Source of the DNA: Felis catus
Lineage: Eukaryota
DNA: 64,000 nt
NCBI RefSeq assembly: GCF_018350175.1
Contig: NC_058383.1
Span: 15,192,001 to 15,256,000 of the forward strand
Direction: 5' to 3'
In this document: positions 38,100 to 50,420 of the stretch, piece by piece
How positions within the stretch are numbered: the first letter of the stretch is position 1
How the letters are laid out: every line of letters starts with the position of its first letter
The notes under the pieces: generated by a model
What the model was told of the DNA's origin: nothing
Databases searched by the model: none
What the model saw: only the letters and a program-made list of their open reading frames with translations
Program-made: the position numbers and the translations under genes

Positions 38100-41050
38100 C
38101 TTTGACAGCTGTTTTCAATAGAGGGAAGATGGTGGGGAACACAGCACCCCAGGGTGCTCCAAGAACTGTGTCGGGATCCCAGTCAGGCCGGGAAGTGATC
38201 CTTAATGAGATAAAGTTGACGAGCATTACACACAAACACTTTTCTTTTTAGGCGTGTTGAGGTGAGGCAATGTTGTTTCGGCCTTTTCCTATGTTCCAAT
38301 AAAATTAAATAAACGCGCATGAGCTTTAGTAAACAGAGCACAGGAAGGAGAGTGTTCAGGGGTGAGGGTTGATGGGTTGATGAGATCGCTCTTGGTTTTT
38401 AATGAGATACGGTTTAGTCCTCCCCTCCCCCCACCCCCAGGGCAGCAAGCTTTGTAATCTGATGCATTACATCAGCAGTCCCTCCTCCGGCTGACTCTTT
38501 TGAAGGGGATGCTGGGAAGAGTGGCCAAAGAAATAACCAATTTGAGATTGTGAGTCATGACTTGTCATAATTAGAAGGCAGACAGAGTGCGTTGCTGTTG
38601 CTCTATTTGCGGCCTGTTCCCTGTAAAAGCTTTGGGAATTAAAATAATAGGCTTTTAAAACAAGAGCCCAGGCGGGCTCTACTTAATGGCTCGCACCCAG
38701 CACGTTACACAGACAGACTTGTGGCCGACTGGTCCTGGAGAGGCCGGCTTGAAGTGTCACCTCCACGATCCCCTCGGGGCAAAGGAGCTAAAAGAATTCC
38801 AGAAGAGGAGACCCTCATCACTCACTGCGACAGGCCGAGAAGGGATCCCAGGCACAAATGTCCGCACTGTAAACAATTTGCCCTGTAAAGTATATGAGTC
38901 GATGTTGTTCCACTGAACAATTGTACCCTCTCAGGAGCGGTTCAAGGCTGTTACGTTCGTGTTTTAGGGACATCCCTCCCGGCTGATATTCAAACTAATC
39001 TTCCCTCAAATAATTTATGAGAGAAAAGTACTGTCGGTTAAACTATCCTAGACTTCGAAGAACCTTACACCATTCATTGGACATTGTGTTTGATTTTTCC
39101 TAACAGAAGCACCGTTTAGGAAACCAGAAAAGAAAGCCGGGAGTCCCAGGAGCTGCCCACAGTGACTAGAGAATCAGGACTACCTACTGCGGGGTTTAAC
39201 TTGGCAATGACAAAGGAAATCGCTCAAGGACAAACAGCAGACTCCAAACCATCCTTTCCAGCGAGAGAAGTCCCCCTCCCCCCACCCCCCCATCCCCACC
39301 CCCACCCCCCCACCCCCCCACCCCCCCGCCAGCCCTGCCCCCAAGAGAGGAGGTGTGGTGGGGTGGGGAGGCCTGGGAGGAGGGGAGACTGGCTGGGGGA
39401 AAGGAAGGCGTGGTCTGGCACCAGGCCACGTGACATGGTGACAGCCTTGTGAGGGAGCAACACCAGCGAGACCCTGGCAGGGGCTCCCCCAATGCATGCT
39501 CAGCATTTCATACTGGGGTAACCAGTGAAGGGGAAGGGAAGGCCGGGGGTGGGGGGGGTGCCAACTCCCCCCCCCCCTTCCTCCCACCCCCCTGCCTTTC
39601 CGGCCTGCGTACTAGTCAGCACCTGATGATCTGGGTGTTCTTACGGGCCCTGTGGGCGATCTCGCCAGCCCAGCCTCCGAAGGAGTTACTTTGGCCCCGC
39701 AGCTTTCTGGCCCAACCCCTCTTCCCTCTTCCCTGCAGGGCTCTGAGACGAGCATAGGGCCCTGACATTGAGCTGCATCCCTGCTCCTCCCCACATCTGG
39801 CTCCTCCAGGGCACCTTCTAGAAGGAATGACTTGGACTTGGCCAGGAAAGAATAGAAGAGGCTCTTCTCTCGCTGGACCAAAAAGTCCTTGGGTATCCCT
39901 TTCCCCTGTGTCCACCCAAGGGGGGACCTCCAAGGCGGCGTCTCCCCATCTTCCTGCCAACGCAACCCTGATTTGGGCAGAGTTCCTTTGTTCGCCACGG
40001 GGACCAATGGCTGCAGCCAAGGAGATGTACGAGAAGGTCCACTTGGAGGCTTCCAGGACAGGCAGAGAAAGGGCAAGAGCCCCGCAAGCTGAAAGCCTTC
40101 CGCTGCCCCAGCCCTCCTGCCTCGGAATGCGGCTGCGATCGATGCCTGGCGCTTCGGTGACCATATTGGGAAGACGGTAGATGGAAGGAGGGCAAGAGTC
40201 TGAATCTCGATGACGTTGTTGAGACACTGAAGCAAAAGCAGGACCCCCACGTCCAGACGTCTTCCCATGTGAGACGGGTTAAGTGTCGTTTGTGCTTCAG
40301 CCTCCGCGGGTGTGGGATTGTCATTTGCAGCCAGCGCACGCTGGGGGACCTTCGCGGCCTCGCCCATCCGTGTCAGCCCGCCAGCGAAGCTCGCATCGCC
40401 CCCCTCTAGTTCAGATGCCCTCCCCCCGGGGTCCCCTCCTGACAGATCCACCTGTGCCTCTCAGATGCACCAGACTTAAGAGCGGGTGGTGGCAGGTCGC
40501 GGGACTCGGAACGGAATCTGGGGTAACCCTGCCTCGTGGCCGGGCCGGCAGAGACTGGGGACAACGGCGATCCACAGTCTGCCGCTCTGGGGTTCCAGAC
40601 CCCAAATTTAGCGGGTGGCTGCCATGCTGACCCCAAGACATCCTGGCCCAAGGTCCCTGTTCATTTCCTGAATCCTTACAGCAAAGCACAAACAACAGCC
40701 GGCCCAGGAAAGGGGGGAATTGGGGGAGCCAGGTGGATACCCCTAAGGCAGCCCTAAGCCGGTGCACAGGCAACAGGACGTGAAGACCAGCCCCGTGGGG
40801 GGCCTGGGGTCGGCCTCTGCATCTGAAGCGTGTCCTGACACGCGTTGTCATTTGAAAGGCGGCAGCAGCCCGGCCGGCCTGTAAGAAGTCCCCTTAGATG
40901 TCTGAAATGTCAGCACTAAGAGAGATCTCTTTGGTATTGAGCTCCAAGAGCGACATCTTGATCTCTTTGATGTCCCTGTAAACTCGGAGTCGGCGCGTGC
41001 CCACAGCACAACGAGTGCTCCCTTCTCTGGGAGATCTGGGTGGGACAGAA
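38100..41050. promoter_or_regulatory. Candidate regulatory region (TE-free, GC/CpG-enriched, G4-prone tracts, E-box, AP-1)
   Basis: No recognisable repeats for ~3 kb, retained CpGs and motif clusters; function not demonstrated. Confidence 0.35.
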
Positions 41051-41300
41051 GTCACCGGAAAGCCAAAGGGACAGGGCAGAGCAAGGTCTGCACCCTTCTG
41101 TCAAGAGTAAATAATTCAGTCATTGAAGGGCCACGTGGTCCCTGTCACAACTGACGACCCTGTAAAGAGCGGCCACAGACAATATGCAGGCTTAGGTGTG
41201 GCGAGGTCCGATGAATCTCTACTTATGGACACAGAAATTCGAATTTCATACAATTTTCACCTGTCATGAAATATTTATTCTCCTGGGGTTTTTTCAACAG

Positions 41301-41503
41301 TTTTTTTTTTTTTTTGAAGTTTTATTTCTTTTGAGAGAGAGAGAAAGCATGCATGAGCAGGGGAGGGGCAGAGAGAGCAGGAGAGAGAGAAGCCCCAGCA
41401 GGCACGGGGCTGATAGTGGGGTTCGATCTCACGAACAGTGAGATCATGATCTGAGCCGAAATCAAGAGTTTGATGCTTAACCGACTGAGCCACCCAGGGG
41501 CCC
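41301..41503 (-). mobile_element. CanSINE in MER58B
   Basis: Full body. Confidence 0.88.
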
Positions 41504-41533
41504 TGCCCCTCAACCATTTAAAAACATAAAAAC

Positions 41534-41760
41534 TCGGTTAAGCGGCCGACTTCAGCTCAGGTCACGATCTAGCGGTCTGTGAGTTCGAGCCCCGCGTCGG
41601 GCTCTGTGCTGACAGCTCAGAGCCTGGAGCCTGTTTCAGATTCTGGGTCTCCCTCTCTCTGACCCTCCCCTGTTCATGCTCTGTCTCTCTCTGTCTCAAA
41701 AATAAATAAACGTTAAAAAATAAATAAATAAATAAATAAATAAATAAATATTAAAAAAAA
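41534..41760 (+). mobile_element. 5'-truncated young CanSINE in MER58B
   Basis: TSD ataaaaact; (TAAA)n tail. Confidence 0.9.
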
Positions 41761-43198
41761 TAAAAACTATTCTTAGCGTGCAGCTGTACAAAATAGGCCG
41801 AAGGCTAGATTTTGTGGCTCATGGGCCGATCCCTGGGGTGAAGCGCAGGAGGCTTTTTGTTCAGGAGAAGGAAATGCAGAGCAGAACCATCATCTTCCTA
41901 TCGGATACTCTCGTTGATGGGGGCTTGGACACACCCCAGCTGGGTGGGCTGCCTGGGGAAGGGAGCTCTGGACACGAGGAGGGGTAAAAATGCTGATTTT
42001 GCCCTCACCTCTGTGCCCTGGCCCACGTGCCAGCAAGTTCATGGGCTCCGTTGGGCCATGAAGCCCAAACACGGGGGAAGGTGTGAACCCTCCATCTCCA
42101 GGGAGTGCCAAAGCTTTGCCGCCCGCCCTCAGCAGGCTCTGGAGGCCCCCAGGGGGATGTCATGGGTGGCACGGGGTCCCCGTAGCTGTGGGAGTGCAAC
42201 TGGCCTGCAGCCGGGCAGCCCAGGACTGCTGGGCCTGCAAGAGCCGGTCGATGGCGTGGGGTGAAAGGTCCCAGAGAACTGGGAGCAGAACCGCTGAGGC
42301 AGGCCTCACCGGACTATTTCTTCCCCCAACCAGCCTCCGCAGGACAGAAGACGAGGCGTCACCGGGTCAGGGACAGCAGACAGCGGGCTTGCACTCATGA
42401 TGTGCTCTTGCGTTAGTCACGACTTCACTTCAAGAGATAAAATCCGCTCCGATGACCCTAGATAAAACCAGTTCCTGTAACTGGACTGCGTGGAGAAGCC
42501 TGGGTATGGGGATCAAGCCCTGAGGGGCCCTGTGCCTCCCCAATCGGCCTCTTCAAGCTGCCGGGGACCAGGGAGCTGGCAGCTCTGAACTTTCTTCCTT
42601 CCAGGTTGCACCCCAAGAGGAAAAGCAGCCCTTTCTCTCCGCCCGATGTGCAGACACCTAGGGAGGGCCTTCCGCTGGCTCAGCATGAGTCCTCTTCACA
42701 TCTGGACCCATCGCCTTAGCGGGTGGGGGGGCGGGGGGCAGATGGAGCAACTGGCCTGGCTCCGGGTCATATCGCCAACTCAGGGCCAAGATGGGGGGAG
42801 GGCTAAGAGTGCAGAACCACTGCTACAGTGGGTGAGGGCCAGGGTGTCCCCCCAGAAGTGGGGGGTCACCATGGGCTGAACAAGGAAGCAGTGCCCCACA
42901 CAGGAGCCCGTACACTCGCTGCGGGTCTGAAGGACTTCCCACCCCTCTGAACGAAGAATCTCCGAGAGGCACGAGCACACACGTCCCGCTGCTCTCAGCA
43001 TGGCCAAACGGGCCGGGAAGTGAGATTTGAGAAAGGCTGGAGCTCCTTCAGAGTCCGGGCAGTGATGGAGGCAGCAGAAAACTGAGACGAGATCGTCACG
43101 GTTCAAAGAACAAAACCAGGCTTTTCCGGCACTCTGGATCTGCTGTGCTGTCCCTTGGCCAGAAATGGCCTTTCCTTGCATTGTTCTTCTGGTAAACT

Positions 43199-43421
43199 CT
43201 TTTTGTTTTTTGTTTTTTTTTTAATGTTTTTATTTATTTTTGAAGGAGAGACAGAGCATGAGCAGGGAGGAGCAGAGAGACAGACAGACACAGAATCCGA
43301 AGCAGGCTCCAGGCTCCAAGCTGTCAGCACAGAGCCCCACGTGGGGCTAGAACCCACAAACCATGAGATCATGACCTGAGCCGAAGTCAGACGCTTAACC
43401 GACTGAGTCACCCAAGCGCCC
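43199..43421 (-). mobile_element. CanSINE
   Basis: Full body. Confidence 0.92.
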
Positions 43422-43599
43422 CTCTTCTGCCTCAAAACACAGCTCAAATGCCACGACCTCTGTGAAGCTCTCAATTCTCCAAAACCAAGCCTTGCTCCCG
43501 GGTTCCAAGAGTATTTTGGGTTTACCTTGCCGAAATCTAATCTCTGGTTCATGGGTACTGCTTCAGTCCTGGGCTGAGCAAGGCAGGGACCGACTGTTA

Positions 43600-44015
43600 C
43601 AGTGTGAAGCTCCTCTTACAAGGTGACCGATTTATGGTTAATAAGACTTAAAGAGAAGTCTCCAAGGGGCTTTTCCCCCATCTTGGATATGTAGAGCAAC
43701 TTGAAAGAGGAGAGTTGTCTTCCTTGTCCTTTTCCTTCCTGTCTTTGAACACGACAGTGAGAGAATGTGATGCCTGGAGCTGTGGCAGCCATCTTGAGAC
43801 CGTGGGGCAAACAGCCTGAAGACAAAAGCCAGCATGTCCAAAACAATGCGGTGGAAAGATGGGAATGTGCCTGGATCTTCGATTCTTCATCTTTAGAACC
43901 AACGTGGGGACCACCAACTTCCAGATTATTCAGATGAGACCATAAAAATGCCTGTTGCTTAAAACCACTTTTGGTGGGTAATTCTGTTACTGGTCATGGA
44001 GAGCATGTTAATACA
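43600..44015 (+). mobile_element. MLT1J/K-type MaLR LTR
   Basis: gatgcctggagctgtggcagccatcttgagacc...ttctgttact...ttaataca. Confidence 0.7.
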
Positions 44016-45170
44016 TGGTTTCGTGCCCAAGACAGCAGCATACTCTACAGCACAAACAAATCTTTTCCCATCTAGCACCGGCTTAAAAAAAAAGTGGGAA
44101 GACAAAACCACTTCAAAATTAAAAATTACCAAAATATTGTCCCTGTTTTGTGTCCAACAGCCAATCGTTTTGAGCCAAGTACGAAGTGAATAAAGATGCT
44201 CTGTGGCCTGAACATAAACCCAGAGGTCGGAACCCCTGGGTCAGCCGCTCAAGCACGTGCAGTCTCGCTCTTCCCCTTTGGGGGCCATTATACCCTTCGC
44301 CAAGGCTCCGGCCCTGAAGACAGAGCAACAGGAATAAGGACGCTCTGCCACCAGGGTAATATCTCACGCAGTAACATACTCAAATGCGATGAATTATGCA
44401 AATATGTTGAAAAGCTCTGTGCTAAGTTGCCTACGGAGAAAAAAGTCAAGGCAAACATATACTTTAACCAGCAAGCCAAAGAGGTCATCTGAATGAGGTT
44501 AATCACAAGTGACAAACTGGAAAGGTTTGAGGTTAGAAACTGGATCGGAGCCGGTTGGGGGTCGGAGGTGAGGACGGGAGTGACAGGCAGCAGCAGCAGC
44601 ACCAGGGGGGTCCCCAGGAATCAAAGCTGCTCCTCGGGACCAGGGGGTGAGGGGCGTCAGAGAGCGGAGGTCAGAGTGCTGCCGGAGTCTTGACGGAGTC
44701 ATAGAAGGGTCTAGGTGGCGGGGATGTGGTCAGACGTGCATTCTAGAACCTTCACTCTGGCAGCCTGTCTGGTGGCTGGACGGAAGGGGGGGGCGGAGTT
44801 TGGGGTGAGGCACAGGGTTGCACACAGTAAACCCTGGGTCAGAGGGCAGAGGTCGTGCACAGCACGTGGTGCACAGGCAGGGCTCAATTCACGGCCGTCA
44901 CTTCCATGGTTATGTTCCACCAGCACCATCTGCAAACTGATGGCTAAATAGAGCGCATCAACCAGAGGACCGTCGCTGCTGAGGCGCTCGCATCAGCTGC
45001 GCCCGATGACACAGCCACACGGGCCAGACAACCTGCTACCGGCGGCTTCTCCACGCGCGAGCGCCGCGGCGCCTGTCCCTTCCAGGCCTGCCTGGCTCTC
45101 ACCTTCAGGTTCTACCTGACTCAGACGGCCTTGCTTCTCTTACTGAACTCCAGCTCCCAGCCCCGGCACT

Positions 45171-45198
<28 letters not shown>
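45171..45198. repeat. G28 homopolymer
   Basis: Directly visible. Confidence 0.9.
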
Positions 45199-45201
<3 letters not shown>

Positions 45202-46585
45202 ACAGAAGCCAGCCATGTCACAGAGGAAGCGCTGATTTCTGGTCACCCGGGGAGGGTCCAGGTCAGAGACCAGAGCAGCGCGAGTCCCAGTGTCCCAGGG
45301 GCCTCGGGGCCTCTCACCAGGAACTCCTGTTCTACGTGAGGTCAAAAAGTGGCAAAACTTCCAAGACCACATCCCGTGCCCCTGCAGGCGTCACAACCTG
45401 ACCATGGCACTCCTGCTAAGCCCGGCTGTGCCCGCACACCCTCCACCGGGGCTCAGGTGACCACCGAACGGTCCAGACTTCTCCCCCATCATCACGTTTG
45501 CCCCGCTGCTTGGAGTGAATGGCACTGTGGAGACGCTGGCATTTCCTAATCCTTTCCTGATCAGGGGTCCCCATGATGGGGCCAGCCCAGTGATGGCCCA
45601 AGTGACCAGCAGATCTGGGAGCGCAGGCTCTTCCTTGTGGGAGAGGGGAGGTGGGGGCCCAGCTGTTGAAAAGAACATTCCCACTTTTCAAAAAAAGTCC
45701 AAGTTATTTTATCCAACTTCTCCTTAGCCAATAATCAGAGTATAAATCTAATTAGCTCCTTCAATTAGGAGGAAGGTGAAGGCATTGCCTGGGGCTTCAA
45801 GGTGTCCTGAGAAAAATTTGCAGGGTGATTGTTCACATTTTCTGCAAATATGCACTGTCTTTTCTCACCCAGAAGTGGGTAGTTTCCCTCATAGTCGGTT
45901 GCAGACATCTTGCCTTATACTGAGCTCTGAGGCCACTAGGGGTTTTTCTTTTTCTCTAACATTGAGGCCAGAATTCCTGAAATCCATAAGAAGAAGCCTA
46001 ATGCCCTGGGGTTCCTTCCAAAAGAGAGGGCCTTCTTAATTTAGAAAATGCAATGGATTTTACAACATGGTCCCGAACACCTTCAAATCCGAGTTGTGAG
46101 AATAACGTGCTTTATTACATTAAATGAAAAGAAATGGTAAAAGGCTAAAGTGCTAAGCAGACTAATAGCCAGCAAGATTAGTCACTGTCAACTTGTGTTA
46201 AATCAGTAGCACCCTGGGAAGAGTTTACCAATTTGTATTTTAATAAAAAGTGAGGAAAACAACCCAGCACACTGAAAGAATAACGGGAAAAGATTAAATG
46301 ATCTTCCTCCTAACAAAATATGCTGTTTTGAATATGTATTTGACTCCAACTATAGGAGGATTTCAATTTCAGGATCTTATTTAAGGAAGAAGCTTAAAGC
46401 CTTACTCCACAAGGACATAGGAAAAGCATTTTCTCATACCTTGTACTGTGTCATTCTCATTAATACATATTCAGTCGTATGTCACTTCATACGATTTTTA
46501 TGTAATTAAAGTAACTGTGATTTTGTATTCTATGTTTTAAACTTAGCATTAGATCATCAACTGTCCTTAAAAATGCTTAGAAACC

Positions 46586-46801
46586 GGGGCACCTGGGTGG
46601 CTCAGTCGGTTAAGCGTCTGACTTCTGCTCAGGTCATGATCTCATGGTCCGTGAGTTCCAGCCCCGCGTCAGGCTCTGTGCCGACAGCTCACAGCCTGGA
46701 GCCTGCTTCGGATTCTGTGTCTCCCTCTCTCTCTGCCCCTCCCCTGCTCATGCTCTCTCTCTGTCTCAAAAATAAATAAAAACATTAAAAAAATTGTTTT
46801 T
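46586..46801 (+). mobile_element. CanSINE
   Basis: Perfect TSD aatgcttagaaacc. Confidence 0.94.
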
Positions 46802-46944
46802 AATGCTTAGAAACCTTCCACTTGGGGCCAGCACTCTGCTCAAAATGTTGCGCAGGATGTGGATGACCCCCATCTGAAGGACGTTTGCCACCATGTTCCT
46901 TGGCTCACTTCCTGCTGACCCCTCCAGTGTCAACCAGTCTTTTA

Positions 46945-47163
46945 TTTCTTTTTCTTTTAAATGTTTATTTACTTTGAGAGAAAGAGAGAGAGAGAGAGTG
47001 TGTGTGAGCAGGAGAGGGGCAGAGAGGGAGAGAAAATCTCAAGGAGGCTCCACACTGTCAGCACACAGCCCGACACAGGGCTTGAACTCACAAACCTTGA
47101 GATTGTGGCCAGAGCCAAAATCAAGATTTGGACACTCAACTGACTGAGCCACCCGGGCACCCC
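46945..47163 (-). mobile_element. CanSINE
   Basis: TSD-like cagtctttt. Confidence 0.88.
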
Positions 47164-47199
47164 ATGATCAGTCTTTTCTTGATTCATCCTCCACCCTGA

Positions 47200-48790
47200 G
47201 TTTCTGTGTCTCCCTCCCCACACCTGCTGGTTTGTACCCTGACTCCTCAGGCAGCTGACCCTTCTTTTTCTGTCCTGCCACTACCTGCTGGAGCTTCATG
47301 AGCAGGGCTTTCCCTCTTGTCATAGCATTCTGTCTCCTTAGATGATCTCAGGTCTCCTTGAGGCTTGATTTTAACTTATGATGGTTTGCACATTTCCCAT
47401 TCCCCCGAGACCTATACGCCTGACCACTGGGTGGTGTTTAGATACAAAACTAAACTAAGTACATTTGACGATCTCTTTGCCTTTACTGAACGACCCATGA
47501 ACTCAGGAAGCATCCCGTCTAGCAAATAGACGGGTGCTCCATGGAGTTATGCAAAATGGAAGGTTTTTATGGGAAGGAGGGTGGGGCAAGAAAGTTATAA
47601 ACAAAAGAAAAGAAAGGATTGTTTCAGGCAAGAGAACCTTCCCTTAGGGAAGACGTATAGGTTCAGGGAGACCTATTATGCAAGTGACCTCATCTTCCTC
47701 TGGTGGAGAAGGACCGTGTGTGTGATAGATGACCTCATTGGTGTTTCTCCAGAAAATCCCCAATGGAGAGGTTAAGACTTCACATTTCTGGGGGAGGTTG
47801 AGACTGCAGTTAGGTTAAGGATTCAGCCCTGGCTTGGTGACTTGGTCCAGCCCAAGTAACACCATTTTGGGTCTGTGATTTTCTTTTTAACAGAAGTCGA
47901 GCCTATGTGTCCACAAATGACCCAGGATCTCCCCCTGGCCCTCTGCCAGGATTAGGCAGCCTGGAGAATGACACCATCATCCATCCTGTCCTCATGCCAG
48001 AAACCAGGAGTCATCCTGGACATTTCTTGCCTCCTCCCCACCCCCTCACCCCAATCTATCCAATTTGTGTCCGAATCAGTGTTACCTTCTAAGGTCTTTT
48101 TCAAATCTATCCATTGCTCTCCTTCCCCACCACCACCAGGGTCAGTATGTAGGGGTGTGCACTGCATAAATGCCACCACCCAGGCCATAACCTGGGAATA
48201 CCTACCAACTCATCTCCCTGTAGGTCTCTCCAAGCCATTTTGCGACCCACAGCTAGAGTGCTCGTTAAAATGCAAATCTAATCATGTTGTTCCTTTGCAT
48301 AATTGCTCTTAGGCCTGGCCTACATCTCCCTGAGTCATCACTCATTATGTCCCCCTGGTTTCCCTAAGTGGCCTGGCCCTTTCCCACACCTTCTGCAGCA
48401 GCCTCCAGCCGCTGTGGCCTTCCTCCAGCTATTCAGGTGTGCTGTGACCCTCTGCCACACAGCCTTCGAATGTGCCCCATCCTCCACCTGCAGTGCTCTT
48501 CCCTGACCCCACCTCTGGAATGGGGACTCTTGTAGGTCCCAGGGCATATCTCCCCGACTAGGAAACCTCCCCATTGGCGCCCTCACGTCAAGACCCGTCG
48601 CTCTTTGTAGCACTTGCCACAGAGTGTTTGATGACTCACATCTATTGTATGAATCTTTGTCTTTGGTGAATGTCAGCATCATAATGATAAGAGCGATGTT
48701 CCCTCTTTTCTTTTGACTTACCAGTGAATCCTCAGCAGCAAGAACACAATCAGTGTTTAATAGACATTTGTTGAAAGAATGAACTACCTA
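47200..48790 (+). mobile_element. L2 fragment, split by an LTR
   Basis: taaaatgcaaatctaatcatgttgttcc...; 3' end tagacatttgttgaaagaatgaa. Confidence 0.65.
47435..47892 (-). mobile_element. MER31/MER67-like ERV1 solo LTR inserted into L2
   Basis: TG...aaca ends; gaggttgagactgcagttaggttaagg and ccattttgggtctgtgattttctttttaaca. Confidence 0.6.
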
Positions 48791-49351
48791 GACAATATGG
48801 TGTAATACAACTTTGCCATTCTTTCAAGAAATGTTAAGTGCCTATCATATTTTACATTCAGGTTTCCTGGATTTTGCTATTATAAAATGCTATCTATAAT
48901 CAATATCTTTAAACACAAAACTATTTTTCTTTCTAAATGATTTTTTTTCGGAAATAAAGGCTCTTGGTATACCTTGCCAAACTGCTTTTGGAACACCTGT
49001 AGTCCACCTTAATATGATATGGAAATTTTGCTAATTTCATAAAAAAAATAATTTGCATTTCTTTGCTGAAAGTGAACAGTTGTTCACATTTTGTTGCTAG
49101 CTCTAGTTCCGCACAGATGAAACTTTATGTTGTATAGACTTTGCTTATTTAACCAGTCATGTCTTAACATTTTTTAAATGGAGTGATGAGATTTTTAGAG
49201 TAAGGATGGGTCAATCATTATTTCATGCAAATTATTTTTCCCAATTTATGTCTTTTTAGTTTGTGATGTTTGATATTATTAGATACTTAAACATATTCTG
49301 TAAAGCTGGTGACCTTTCCTTTATGAGTTCTTACATTGTTTTTATATCTGC

Positions 49352-49528
49352 AAGTGGTTCTGAAAGTGTGTGCTCTCTTAGCATCTGTATAACCAGAAAC
49401 CTGTTAGAAAACACATTGCTCTCCACTGCATACCTACAGTACCAGAAACTGTGGGATGGGACCCAGAATCTGTGTTTTAACGAGCCCTCCAGGTGACTCT
49501 GATGCATGAAAAAGTTTGGGAGATCCTG
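49352..49528. mobile_element. MER5A-like MITE
   Basis: agtggttctgaaagtg...aatctgtgttttaacgagccctccaggtgactctgatgc. Confidence 0.7.
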
Positions 49529-49729
49529 GTCAAGACAGGCCTTTTTTAACCTAAGGTTTCTTCAGAGCTTTTGTTTCATTTGATTCTTCCTATTGTTTAG
49601 TATAAAGACAGAACTAAATCCCCATTGATTTATGATGCTTCTCTTATACTACATTGCTCTTTGCTTTTTTATATAGCTTTATTGAGATATATTTCACATA
49701 TCATAAAATTCACCCATGTAAAGTGAATA

Positions 49730-50420
49730 GTATACACTGGGTATTAGCCCAAAGAAAATGAAAATAGTAATTTGAAAAAATACATGCACCCCTATGTTTA
49801 CTGTAGTATTTACAACAGCCAAGATAATGGAAGCAACCCAAGTGTCCATCAATAGAAGAGCAGATAAAGATGCGGGATGGAAGGATGGATGGATGGATGG
49901 ATGGATTAGATAGATGATAGATAGATAGATGATAGATAGATAGATAGATAGAATGGAATATTACATGGCCATAAAAAGGATGAGATCTTGCCATTTGCAG
50001 CAACATGGAAGGACCTAGAGAGTATTGTTATGCTAAGTGAAATAAGTCAGAGAAAGACAAATACCAGATGATTTTACATCCATGTGGAATCTAAAAAAAC
50101 CCCAAAACAATTGAATAAACAAACATAAAGAAGAGTCAGACCTATACATACAGAGAACAAACTGATGGTTGTTCTAATTTCACCAGAGGGAAGGGATGTG
50201 AGAGATACAGGCTTCTGGTTCTAGAATGAGTAAGTCGCCAGAATAAAAGGCACAGCACAGGGAATATAGTCAATGATATTGTAATAGTGTTGAATAGTGG
50301 CAGGTGGTACCTACACTTGTAGTGAGCACAGCGTAAGGCATAGAGATGTTGAATCACTGTGTTGCGTATCTGAAGCTAATATCGTATGCCATCTATACTC
50401 AAATTAAAAAATGAAAAATA
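49730..50420 (+). mobile_element. L1MA9-like 3' end containing a (GGAT)n(GATA)n microsatellite
   Basis: ggaagcaacccaagtgtccatc...gccatttgcagcaacatggaaggacctagag. Confidence 0.75.

Larger units (their letters stand above)
41082..41835 (+). mobile_element. MER58B-like hAT element interrupted by two CanSINEs
   Basis: ttatggacacagaaattcgaatttcatacaattttcacctgtcatgaaatattt...aaccatttaaaaa...attcttagc...gccgatccctg. Confidence 0.75.
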
